Source: an uncultured delta proteobacterium
Lineage (GTDB): Bacteria > Myxococcota > Myxococcia > Myxococcales > Anaeromyxobacteraceae
Length of the DNA stretch: 64,000 bases
Assembly (NCBI GenBank): GCA_963814585.1
Contig: CAWFDF010000014.1
Span: forward strand, 480,001 to 544,000
Direction of reading: 5' to 3'
Part shown: positions 52,602 through 61,262 of the stretch, piece by piece
How the letters are laid out: the number at the start of each line of letters is the position of its first letter
Numbering within the stretch: the first letter of the stretch is position 1
Program-made: the position numbers and the translations under genes
The notes under the pieces: generated by a model
Told to the model about the DNA's origin: nothing
Databases searched by the model: none
What the model saw: only the letters and a program-made list of their open reading frames with translations

Positions 52602-52964
52602 CTACCCGAACGACTTCTCCTTCTGCTCCTGCTCTTCCTTGCAGCGGATGCAGAGGGTCGTGACCGGGCGAGCCTCGAGCCGCTTGGCCGAGATCTCCTC
52701 CTCGCACTTCTCGCAGATGCCGAAGGTCCCGGCCTCGACCCGGACCAGCGCCTTCTCGATCTTGGCGAGCAGGAACTTCTCCCGGTCGCGCAGCCGGAAG
52801 ATCATCGACTGCGTGTACTCGCTGGACGCCTGGTCGATCTCGTCGGGAAGGTCGTCGGTGTCGAAGCTGGCCTCCTCGGTCAAGGTCTTCTTGGCCGATG
52901 CGAGGAGCTCCCGCTTCGACTCCTCGAGCATCGTCTTGAACCGCTTCAGGTCCTTCTTGTTCAA
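52602..52964 (-). CDS. dksA: DksA/TraR family RNA polymerase-binding factor
   Basis: DEIDQA tip, CEKC...RLEARP...CIRC; TTG start with SD GGAGG. Confidence 0.93.
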   Translation of the reverse strand: MNKKDLKRFKTMLEESKRELLASAKKTLTEEASFDTDDLPDEIDQASSEYTQSMIFRLRDREKFLLAKIEKALVRVEAGTFGICEKCEEEISAKRLEARPVTTLCIRCKEEQEQKEKSFG

Positions 52965-53012
52965 GCGATTTCCTCCACCCTGGGCCCCAGCCGGGGCCGC
53001 GAAAGACCCGTG

Positions 53013-53041
53013 AACCTAGACGCCGACGCCGACGCTGTCAA
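53013..53041 (-). promoter_or_regulatory. Sigma70-type promoter for dksA
   Basis: TTGACA-N17-TAGGTT on the minus strand. Confidence 0.7.
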
Positions 53042-53069
53042 GGCAAGGCGGAGGGCGGCGACGGGCGTT

Positions 53070-53098
53070 TTGACTCGCCCTCCTGGCGCGTCGATACT
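53070..53098 (+). promoter_or_regulatory. Sigma70-type promoter for the diadenylate cyclase (likely leaderless)
   Basis: TTGACT-N17-GATACT, 6 nt before ATG 53105, no SD. Confidence 0.6.
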
Positions 53099-53104
53099 GG
53101 CGCC

Positions 53105-53989
53105 ATGTCGGACGGCAGGTTTGACCGTGAGTTCCTGAAGGCGGCGCTGGGCCTCTCCACCCGCTCCGAGGTGGACCGCCTGCTGCTGGTCTCCGACCAC
53201 CCGCTCTCGCCCAATGACATCCGTGGCCGCCCCATCAAGAAGAAGCTGGTCTACGCGGTGACCAGCGAGGGGCTGGCCCACCAGCTGCGCGCCCGCAAGT
53301 ACCTGGCGGTGGTGATCCCGCCCTACGACTACACCCGGGTGGAGAAGATCAAGGTGGCCATCGTGGCGGCCCAGTCGGCCGGGCTGGTCCGGGACGGTGA
53401 CACCGTGCTGGCCTGCTGTGGCCCCGGCGAGGACAAGACCGCCGACACCCTGATCAAGGTGACCATCGGCGGAGAGGACCCCGAGGAGAAGATCCGGGTC
53501 GACACGCTGGGCCTGCCCTCGGGCTTCTCGACGCAGGTGATCGAGGGGCTCATCCACACGGCCATGGAGATCGGCGCCGAGGGCTACGAGGGGCACGCCA
53601 TCGGCACCATCATCGTGGTGGGCGACTCCACCCAGGTGATGGAGAAGAGCCGGCAGCTGACCCTCAACCCGTTCCAGGGGATCAGCGAGGCCGACCGCAA
53701 CTCGCTCGACCCGCCCATCCGCGAGGCCATCAAGACCTTCGCCGCGCTCGACGGCGCCTTCATCATCCGCGAGGACGGGGTGGTGCTGGCCGCCGGCCGG
53801 TACCTGCTCTCCATGAGCCGCGACGTCTCGCTGCCGCTCGGCCTGGGCGCCCGTCACTCGGCCGCCGCCTCGATGACCAGCGACACCGATGCCGTCGCCA
53901 TCACGGTGTCGCAGACCAGCGGCGCGGTCAGGGTCTTCCGCGATGGCGAGATCGTCCTCGAGCTGCGCCAGCGCATCCGGCGGGTCTGA
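53105..53989 (+). CDS. Diadenylate cyclase (DisA_N/DAC domain, DacZ-like architecture)
   Basis: EGYEGHAIGT, LNPF, LDGAF (DGA motif), GLGARHSAA, VSQTSG; soluble N-terminal domain, no TM. Confidence 0.88.
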   Translation: MSDGRFDREFLKAALGLSTRSEVDRLLLVSDHPLSPNDIRGRPIKKKLVYAVTSEGLAHQLRARKYLAVVIPPYDYTRVEKIKVAIVAAQSAGLVRDGDTVLACCGPGEDKTADTLIKVTIGGEDPEEKIRVDTLGLPSGFSTQVIEGLIHTAMEIGAEGYEGHAIGTIIVVGDSTQVMEKSRQLTLNPFQGISEADRNSLDPPIREAIKTFAALDGAFIIREDGVVLAAGRYLLSMSRDVSLPLGLGARHSAAASMTSDTDAVAITVSQTSGAVRVFRDGEIVLELRQRIRRV

Positions 53990-55479
53990 TGCCCCGGTCG
54001 CTCTCGCCCGCCCGCACCGCGCTGCTGCTGGTGGCGGCCTCGCTGCTCTTCCACGTCGCCTACGCCGGGCTGGTGGCCCTCTCGCCGCAGGAGGCCTACT
54101 ACTGGTCGTGGAGCCGGCGGCTCGCCCTCTCCTACTTCGACCACCCGCCGCTGGCCGCCTGGACCATCCGCGCTGCCACCGAGATCTTCGGCGACGAGCG
54201 AGCGCGCCATCCGGCTGGCGGCGGCGCTGCCACTCCGGCCTCTTCTTCCTCTTCCTCTTCCTGGCCGGGCGGCGCCTCTTCGGCGAGCGGGCTGCGCTGC
54301 TGGCCACCGCCTTCGGCGCTGCTCGCCCCCATCACCTCCCTCGGGCAGGTGGTGATCACGCCCGACGCCCCGCTCCTCTCTGGATGGGCGGCCTGCCTCT
54401 ACTTCACGGTCCGGGCCCTCGACGAGGAGGACGGCCGATGGCTGCTGGCGGCCGGCCTGGCCACCGGGCTGGCGGCGCTCGGGAAGTACACCGCCTTCAT
54501 GCTGGTGCCGCAGCTCGGGCTGGCGCTGCTCCTCGACCCGCGCGGGCGGAGGCTGATCGCCTCCCCGTGGCCATGGCTGGGCCTGGCGCTGGCCGCGCTG
54601 GCCTTCTCGCCGGTGCTGCTCTGGAACGCCGACCGCCACTTCGTCAGCTTCCTCTTCCAGTCGGAGGGGCGCACCAGCACCTTCGCCTTCAGGCCGGTGC
54701 TGGTGGGGCGCTTCATCGGGCTGCAGGCGCTCAGCGTGTCGCCGCTGCTCTGGCTGGCGCTCATGGCGGCGCCCTTCCTGGCGGCGCGCCGGTGGCGCGA
54801 GCCCGGCTGGCGCGTGGCGGCCACCTTCTCGCTGCCGCTGGTGCTGCTCATGCTGGTCATCTCGCCGTTCCACTGGGTCAAGATGAACTGGGGGGCGCCG
54901 GCCTACCCGGCCGCGCTGCTGGCCCTCGGGGCGCTCACGCTGGAAGGGTGGGACCGGGCCTGGGTGCGCCGCTTCACCTGGTCGGCGGGCGCGCTGGCGG
55001 CGGTCTTCAGCCTCTACACCCACCTCATGCCGCTCTGGCCGGCCCTCCCCTTCCCGGCCCGGGACGAGATGTTCGCCGGCTGGAGGCAACTGGCGGCGCG
55101 CGTCGACGCCGAGCGCCGGGCCATGGGCGGCGAGCCGCTGGTGGTCGGCTGCACCTACAAGCCGGCCGCCGAGCTGTCCTACTACCTGCCGGGGCGGCCA
55201 CGGACCCAGTCGGCCGGCGTCTTCGGCGAGAACGGGCTCCAGTACGACGAGTGGCTCGACCCGGCCGAGGTGAAGGGGCGCCCGCTGCTGCTGGTGATCG
55301 ACCCCCGCGAGCGCCGCACCTGCGCCGGGAAGTCCGAGCTCTGCGCCACGCTCGACCGGCTCGAGCCCGAGGTGGTGCGGCGCGGCGACGAGCTCGTCAC
55401 CGCCTTCGAGATCGAGCGGTGCCAGGTGCGCGACGACGCCGAGATCCCGCTGCCGCGCTGGCGCAGCGGCACGCGCTGA
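53989..55479 (+). CDS. ArnT/PMT-like GT-C glycosyltransferase; compensating frameshifts near 54205 and 54320
   Basis: QEAYYW.WS..LA.SYFDHPP, TPDAP, LGKYT, PVLLWN, many TM segments. Confidence 0.85.
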   Translation: MPRSLSPARTALLLVAASLLFHVAYAGLVALSPQEAYYWSWSRRLALSYFDHPPLAAWTIRAATEIFGDERARHPAGGGAATPASSSSSSSWPGGASSASGLRCWPPPSALLAPITSLGQVVITPDAPLLSGWAACLYFTVRALDEEDGRWLLAAGLATGLAALGKYTAFMLVPQLGLALLLDPRGRRLIASPWPWLGLALAALAFSPVLLWNADRHFVSFLFQSEGRTSTFAFRPVLVGRFIGLQALSVSPLLWLALMAAPFLAARRWREPGWRVAATFSLPLVLLMLVISPFHWVKMNWGAPAYPAALLALGALTLEGWDRAWVRRFTWSAGALAAVFSLYTHLMPLWPALPFPARDEMFAGWRQLAARVDAERRAMGGEPLVVGCTYKPAAELSYYLPGRPRTQSAGVFGENGLQYDEWLDPAEVKGRPLLLVIDPRERRTCAGKSELCATLDRLEPEVVRRGDELVTAFEIERCQVRDDAEIPLPRWRSGTR

Positions 55480-56496
55480 CCAGCGGGCAGGCGGCGCAGT
55501 GGGCCGGCGTGAGCCGTGCCGGGCAGGCCCCGCTCATGCCGAGGTGGCAGAGCGCGAAGTCGAAGCGGACCGGGTCGGCCGGATCGACGAGCCGCAGGGC
55601 CGCGGTGATCTCCTCGGCGGTGCGCCAGCCGGCGTCGGCCCGGCGGGTGAGCCCGAGCCGCCGTGCCACCCGGTGGATGTGGGTGTCGAGCGGCATGATC
55701 AGCGCCGCGCGCGGCACGCCGGGCCAGGCGCCGAGGTCGACCGCGTCCGGGCCGCGGACCATCCAGCGCAGGAAGAGGTTCCAGCGCTTGGCGGCGCCCG
55801 GGCCGGAGGCGTCGGGGAGCAGGTGGCGCAGGCCGCGCGTCCCCCGACGGCGGAGCAGCGGCGCCACCGGCGGGGCCCCGCGCAGCTCGGCGGCGAAGGC
55901 GGCCAGGGCCGGGCGGAGCGCCGCCGGGTCACCGCCCGCGGCCGCGAAGAGGGCCGTGAACCGGGCGCCCAGCGAGCCGTGGGCGCGGCGCAGGTGGCCG
56001 ACGGCCGAGAGGAGCGCGGCGAGGTCGGCGGGCTGGTTGAAGCGGTAGCGGAACCAGGCGAACCGGGCCAGGGCGCCGCCTGCTCCGGCCCGCCGGCGGA
56101 CGGGCCGTTCCCTTCCGGGGGCACCGCCGCGATCCCGTCCGCTGCGGCGGTGGGTGCGCCGAGAGGCCGGCGGGCCGGCGACGCAGCGGGTGAGGCGACA
56201 CCGCCGGCGAGCGACGCGGCGAGCCCATCGACCGCCGCGGCCGGCGACGGCCCGAGCTGGTCGAGCAGGCGCACCAGGATGGGCTTGAAGAGGTCGGCCC
56301 GGCCGTAGGCCAGGCAGGCGGCCAGCAGCCCGGCCACCTCCTGGTCGTGGGGCGAGTCGTAGCGGCGCGGCAGCTCGACCGGATCGGCCGCGAGGCGCGC
56401 GGCCCGGTCGAGCGTGGCGTCGAGCCGATCGAGCAGCGGCGCGAGCGCCGCGGCGTCGGCGGCGGTGAAGGCGGTGCGGGTGGTACGGCGCTTCAT
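55397..56496 (-). CDS. TIGR02757 family (HhH-GPD-like) protein; apparent frameshift near 56070
   Basis: ADPVELP..Y..P.DQEVAG..AA.LAYGR; YRF; AKRWNLFLRWMVR, PLDTHIHR, DPVRFDFAL. Confidence 0.85.
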
Positions 56497-56622
56497 GGGT
56501 GAGGTGGCGGCGACGGTGGCGCGGTGAGGACGGGCTTCACGGAGGGGCTGCTCGACGACGCGACCTCGAGCCGGGTTGGTGGCGCTTCATGGCCGCGGCG
56601 GCGGTGCGGAGCGATCGGCGCT

Positions 56623-57150
56623 TCATCGCTTCGGTGGCGTCGGCGCTTCGTCCTTGCGCAGCTCGCGCAGCACGTGGCCGACCTCGGGGGCGATGAGCCT
56701 CTCCCAGGCCAGCCTCACTGCCGCCCGCGAGCCGGGCACCGAGAAGACCACCCGGCCGCCCCATGTCCCGGCCACCGCGCGCGAGAGCATGGCGGCGCTG
56801 CCGATCTCGGCGAATGAGAGCATGCGGAAGAGCTCGCCGAATCCGTCCAGCCGCTTCTCGAGCAGGCCGGCCACCGCCTCGTAGGTGCGATCGCGGCCGG
56901 CGATGCCGGTGCCGCCGTTGACCACGATCGCCTCGGCCCCGGCCGCCGCCGCGGCGCCGAGCGCGGCGCGGATGGCGTCCGGCTCGTCGCGCACCACGGC
57001 GTAGCTGGCCAGCTGGTGGCCGGCCGCGGCGACCTGCTCGCGCAGGTAGCGGCCGCTCTCGTCCTCGGCCTCGCCGCGGGTGTCGGAGGCGGTGATGACG
57101 CCGAAGCGGACAGTGGCGGGGGCCTCGGCGCGGTGCTGGTGGTGGGACAT
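56623..57150 (-). CDS. moaB: MoaB/MogA molybdenum cofactor biosynthesis protein
   Basis: ITASDTR, DESG, NGGTG, LDGFGELFR, AMLSRA, PGS. Confidence 0.92.
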   Translation of the reverse strand: MSHHQHRAEAPATVRFGVITASDTRGEAEDESGRYLREQVAAAGHQLASYAVVRDEPDAIRAALGAAAAAGAEAIVVNGGTGIAGRDRTYEAVAGLLEKRLDGFGELFRMLSFAEIGSAAMLSRAVAGTWGGRVVFSVPGSRAAVRLAWERLIAPEVGHVLRELRKDEAPTPPKR

Positions 57151-57857
57151 GGGGTGGGGACGGTACCCCTGCTCCGTGGGCCGGGACAAGGCGGGCGGCG
57201 GGGCCGTCGGTTGCGTTGGCCCAGCCGGCGCCGATCATGTAGCGAAGGGCGTTGCGAGGGGCCGTGGCCAGGGACGGTCCCGTGCGGGCGGCGAGAGGCG
57301 TTGCGAGGGGTGAGCGCTGGCGAGTGGTTCCGTGGCGCCCGGGCACCGCCTGGACGGGCGTTGCCGCAGTGGCAGGGGAGAGGCGCTGCGAGGAACCGCT
57401 GGGACGGGCGCCGCCGGGGCAGGGAGGATCCGTTTCGACGGGAGCGCCTGGGCGATCGGCGCCCGGTGGTGTGCGGCGCCCGCACGTACTCAAGGTTCAG
57501 TCCAGACGTTTGGACTGCGCACCCGGTGAACTCTGCGTTCGCCACTCCGAACTGGAGCGCTCTGCCGGCGACTCCGCCACCTTGCCTGCACCCGAGCGTG
57601 GTCCCTCCTTCGCAACTTTGGGCGCCCAAAGTGGATTTCGGGTCACGAACCCAGAGTCATTTCGCCCCCCCCGAGACGGGCCCTGAACTGCTGGCGGCGC
57701 TTCCAGCGGACCAGCGTCAAGTCGGCCGCTCCGCATGGTTCTCGGCCACGCCGGACCTGCAGCTCCCGCCCACCAGCCATCGCCCCGGCCACGGCCGCCG
57801 CCCTCCACTCCACCGTAACTTGTGACCCCGCCGCCCCCCGTCTAGGCTCGCCCCACC

Positions 57858-59225
57858 TTGGCCAAGCGCATCGTCTTCACGAAGAGGCTCCAGCTCATCG
57901 GGCTGCTCTCCGTGCCCTCCGGCATGCCGCTCGGCTGGATCTTCAACACCTTCCAGGTCTTCCTCGTGGACCTGGGCATCTCCCGGACCCAGATCGGCCT
58001 CCTCTCCGGCGCCTCGCTCCCGTGGACCCTCAAGTTCCTCTGGGCGCCGCTCGTCGACCGCTTCGCCATCCCCTGGCCAGGCCGCCGCCGCAGCTGGATC
58101 ATCCTCACGCAGCTCCTGCTGGCGCTCGCCTTCGGCGCCCTGGCCGCCTTCGCCTGGCGGGCCCTGGCCGCCCGGGAGGCCGGCACGCCGCTGGCCGCCG
58201 CCCCGCTGGTGCTCGGCCTGCTGGCGCTGGCCATCGCCTTCCTGGGGGCCACCCAGGACATCGCCTACGACGCCTACGCGGTCGAGTTCCTGCGCCCCGA
58301 GGAGCACGCCGCCGCTCCCGGCGTCCGCTCGGTCTACTACTGGGTCGGCATGCTGCTGGCCGGTGCCGTCGCCATCGGCCTGGTGGACGTCCTCGGCTGG
58401 ACGCTGGTCTTCCTGCTGCTGGGGCTGCTCTTCGTCGCCTGCGTCGGGCTGGTCTTCTGGAGCGACGAGCCGGAGCACCCGCCGGTGCCGCGGGCCTCGC
58501 TGCGCGAGGCGGTGGTCGAGCCGCTGGGTGCCTTCTTCCGCCGCGGCGACGCCATCGCCATCGCGCTCTTCCTGATCTTCTACAAGTTCGGGGACAACAT
58601 GGCCGGCACCATGGTCAACCCGTTCCTCAAGGACCTGTGCTTCTCCAACGCCGAGCTGGGCGCGGCGGTGAAGACCATCGGCATCGCCGCCTCCATCGCC
58701 GGCAGTGCCGCCGCGGTCGGGCTCACCATGAAGCTGGGCGTGGGGCGGGCCCTGTGGGTGCTGGGCATCGCCCAGGCGCTGGCCAACCTGCTCTACGCGG
58801 CCGCCGCGGTGAGCCGCGCCGCCCCGCTCGAAGCCCAGCTCTGCGCCACCAGCCTGCCACCGCTGGATGCCGCCACCCGGGTCTGGGCCTACGTCAGCAT
58901 CGCCGGGGAGTACGGCGCCAAGTCGATGGCCTCGGTGGCGCAAGGGGCGCTGCTCCTGCGCATCTGCGACCGGAAGAACGCCGTGACCCAGTTCGCGCTG
59001 CTCTCCAGCCTCTTCGCGGTGGGACGCTGGTCCGCCGGCATCCCCTCCGGCTGGCTGGTCGAGCTGGTCGGCTACCCGCTCTTCTTCACGCTCTGCGCCA
59101 CCGTGGTGGCCGTGCCCGGGTTCGTCTTCCTGCAGCGGATCGCGCCGTTCGGGCAGCGCGACGTGGCGGGGGCGCCGGCTTCTGGTGGGGCCGACACCAG
59201 CCAAGGGCCTGAATCTCGAGCCTGA
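57858..59225 (+). CDS. ampG: AmpG-like muropeptide MFS transporter
   Basis: SGMPL, LPWTLKFLWAPLVDR, GRRRSWI, ATQDIAYDAY, YKFGD, TQFALLSS. Confidence 0.9.
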   Translation: MAKRIVFTKRLQLIGLLSVPSGMPLGWIFNTFQVFLVDLGISRTQIGLLSGASLPWTLKFLWAPLVDRFAIPWPGRRRSWIILTQLLLALAFGALAAFAWRALAAREAGTPLAAAPLVLGLLALAIAFLGATQDIAYDAYAVEFLRPEEHAAAPGVRSVYYWVGMLLAGAVAIGLVDVLGWTLVFLLLGLLFVACVGLVFWSDEPEHPPVPRASLREAVVEPLGAFFRRGDAIAIALFLIFYKFGDNMAGTMVNPFLKDLCFSNAELGAAVKTIGIAASIAGSAAAVGLTMKLGVGRALWVLGIAQALANLLYAAAAVSRAAPLEAQLCATSLPPLDAATRVWAYVSIAGEYGAKSMASVAQGALLLRICDRKNAVTQFALLSSLFAVGRWSAGIPSGWLVELVGYPLFFTLCATVVAVPGFVFLQRIAPFGQRDVAGAPASGGADTSQGPESRA

Positions 59226-59296
59226 ACCGTTGCCTTCGTTGAGGCACGCCTGCAGACTTCACATCTCGGCCCGGCGGCCGCCACCGCCGCCGCGCC

Positions 59297-60571
59297 TCAC
59301 CGCCTCGGGCGCTTCGAGAGCAGGGAGCGGCGGAGGTAGAGCGCCCCGTCCTGCTGGTCGACGCGGGCGCCCAGCAGGCCGGTGAAGGCCTCCCGCCGGA
59401 CCCGGCCGTCGTCGTAGCTGAAGATGATCGTGAAGTCGCGCAGCTCGTAGCGCCCCGCGCCGGGCCGGTCGTCGCCGCCGGAGGTGAGGAAGGTGGCGAA
59501 GAGGCCGTCGTCGGTGAAGCGCCCTTCGCGCGTGAAGTGGATGACCGGGCGCCTCCCCACCGGGAGCGCCTCGAGCTGCGGATCGGCCGGGTTGGAGTAG
59601 GAGGTCCAGGCGCCGTCGAGGCGGCGCCCATCGACGCTGGCGCAGCGGTGGTAGACGTCGTCGTCGATGAGCAGCTGGCCGGCCTTCTGGACGCGGAGCC
59701 TCCACGGGAAGCGGGCGCCCGGGCGCCGGGACTCGCCGCTCGAGCCGGCGAAGCTGTAGGTGTGCCAGGAGTCCTCTCGCGCCGGGTGGGAGGCACGGTA
59801 CGCGGCCCGCTCGAAGCCGGCCAACCCCTCCTCGGGCAGGTCGGCGAACATCACGCCGTCGTCGAAGAAGACCTTCCAGCGGTTCACCGGTGGCGAGAGG
59901 TAATCGGTGGTGGATGACCTCACCAGCCCCATCCAGACGCCGCTGATCCCTGCCCCCTTCCAGCCGGCCGCCCCGTCGGAGGTGGAGCCCTCTCCGGTCA
60001 CCTTCCCTGGCGGGTCCGCCGGCTTGGCCGCAGCGCCGGTGGCGACCGGCGCGCCCCGGACCGCGGGTCCGGTCGCGAGCCGCATCCCGTGGAAGAGGTC
60101 GGCCGCCGGCTTCCAGAACCGCAGGTAGGTCTCCCGTCCCGTGGCCAGGAAGAGCACCGTCCCGACCGCCGAGCCATCGGCGCGCGCCATGACGAACAGG
60201 TAGCGCTCCCCCTGGTCGCTCGAGTAGCGCGCGGCGTGGAGCCGGCCATCGGCGCCCGCCAGCGCGTCGCGCTGCTGCGAGGCCTCGCGCATGTCGCGCA
60301 GCCCCAGCCCGGCCGCGGCGCTGGTCCGCACCGAGGTGAACTGGCGGTCCATGTCGGGCTGGCGTGGAACCGAGGGCAGGACCACCAGCAGCGCGCCGCT
60401 GGCCGCCCCGCCTGGCGGCAGGAGGAGGCTGGTGCCGCCCTGGTCGGTCCGGGTCCAGCCGGCCGGCACGTCGAACCGGTAGCTGGGCGGGGGCGCTTCC
60501 GCCGGCGACCGGCTCGGGACGGCCAGCAGGGCAGTCGTGAGGGCGCAGCGGACGAGGAGGTCGAGTGCCAT
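59297..60571 (-). CDS. Secreted hypothetical protein
   Basis: Signal-like N-terminus, protein-like composition, two domains joined by an Ala/Pro/Gly linker. Confidence 0.7.
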   Translation of the reverse strand: MALDLLVRCALTTALLAVPSRSPAEAPPPSYRFDVPAGWTRTDQGGTSLLLPPGGAASGALLVVLPSVPRQPDMDRQFTSVRTSAAAGLGLRDMREASQQRDALAGADGRLHAARYSSDQGERYLFVMARADGSAVGTVLFLATGRETYLRFWKPAADLFHGMRLATGPAVRGAPVATGAAAKPADPPGKVTGEGSTSDGAAGWKGAGISGVWMGLVRSSTTDYLSPPVNRWKVFFDDGVMFADLPEEGLAGFERAAYRASHPAREDSWHTYSFAGSSGESRRPGARFPWRLRVQKAGQLLIDDDVYHRCASVDGRRLDGAWTSYSNPADPQLEALPVGRRPVIHFTREGRFTDDGLFATFLTSGGDDRPGAGRYELRDFTIIFSYDDGRVRREAFTGLLGARVDQQDGALYLRRSLLSKRPRR

Positions 60572-60762
60572 GGGGCGAGCCTAGCGCGACGCGAGCCAAC
60601 CGGCACGGCGCCGGGCCGGGCGGCGACCAGCTCGCCAGGGGGCGCGCGCAATGATCTCCACCGGTTGCGGGTGGCCGAGCTGTATCCGAAGAAGGTCATC
60701 ATCGGTTTAGCTGGAATTTCGCCTAAGGTGACACTGGCCCCGATCCTGGAGGAATCACCGAC

Positions 60763-61206
60763 ATGCCACGAATGACGCGATTGGCTTCTGGCTGGCTCTG
60801 CCTCGTCGCGCTCGCAGGCTGCGGCGGCGGGGGAGGGACCCCGACCGCGCCCGGTGACACCACACCCCCGACGGTCGTCGGCACCACCCCGCCGGCCGCT
60901 GCGACCAACGTGGCGACCAGCACCACGGTGTCGGTGCAGTTCTCCGAGTCGATGAAGGTGGCCTCGGTGGCCGTCACGCTGGCGCCCTCCGCCGCGCTCG
61001 GCGCACCGGCCTGGACCGCCGGTGACACCGTGGTCACCTTCACGCCGACGTCGCCGCTCGCCGCGGGGATCACCTACGCCCTGGCAATCTCCGGCCAGGA
61101 CCTGGCCGGCAACGCACTCGCCTTCCCGGGGCGGAGCTTCACCACCGCAGCCGCCGAAGCCGCCACCTGGGACCTCGCCGTCTGGGACCAGGCCACCTGG
61201 GAGTAG
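60763..61206 (+). CDS. Lipoprotein with Ig-like (Big_5) domain and C-terminal Trp repeat
   Basis: SD GGAGGA; lipobox LAGC; DTTPPTV...FSESM...DLAGN; ends TWDLAVWDQATWE. Confidence 0.85.
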   Translation: MPRMTRLASGWLCLVALAGCGGGGGTPTAPGDTTPPTVVGTTPPAAATNVATSTTVSVQFSESMKVASVAVTLAPSAALGAPAWTAGDTVVTFTPTSPLAAGITYALAISGQDLAGNALAFPGRSFTTAAAEAATWDLAVWDQATWE

Positions 61207-61262
61207 CGCCGCCCTGGCCGAGCCGCCTTCCAGTGACCACCTCACGCACCAAGGAGAAGCCC

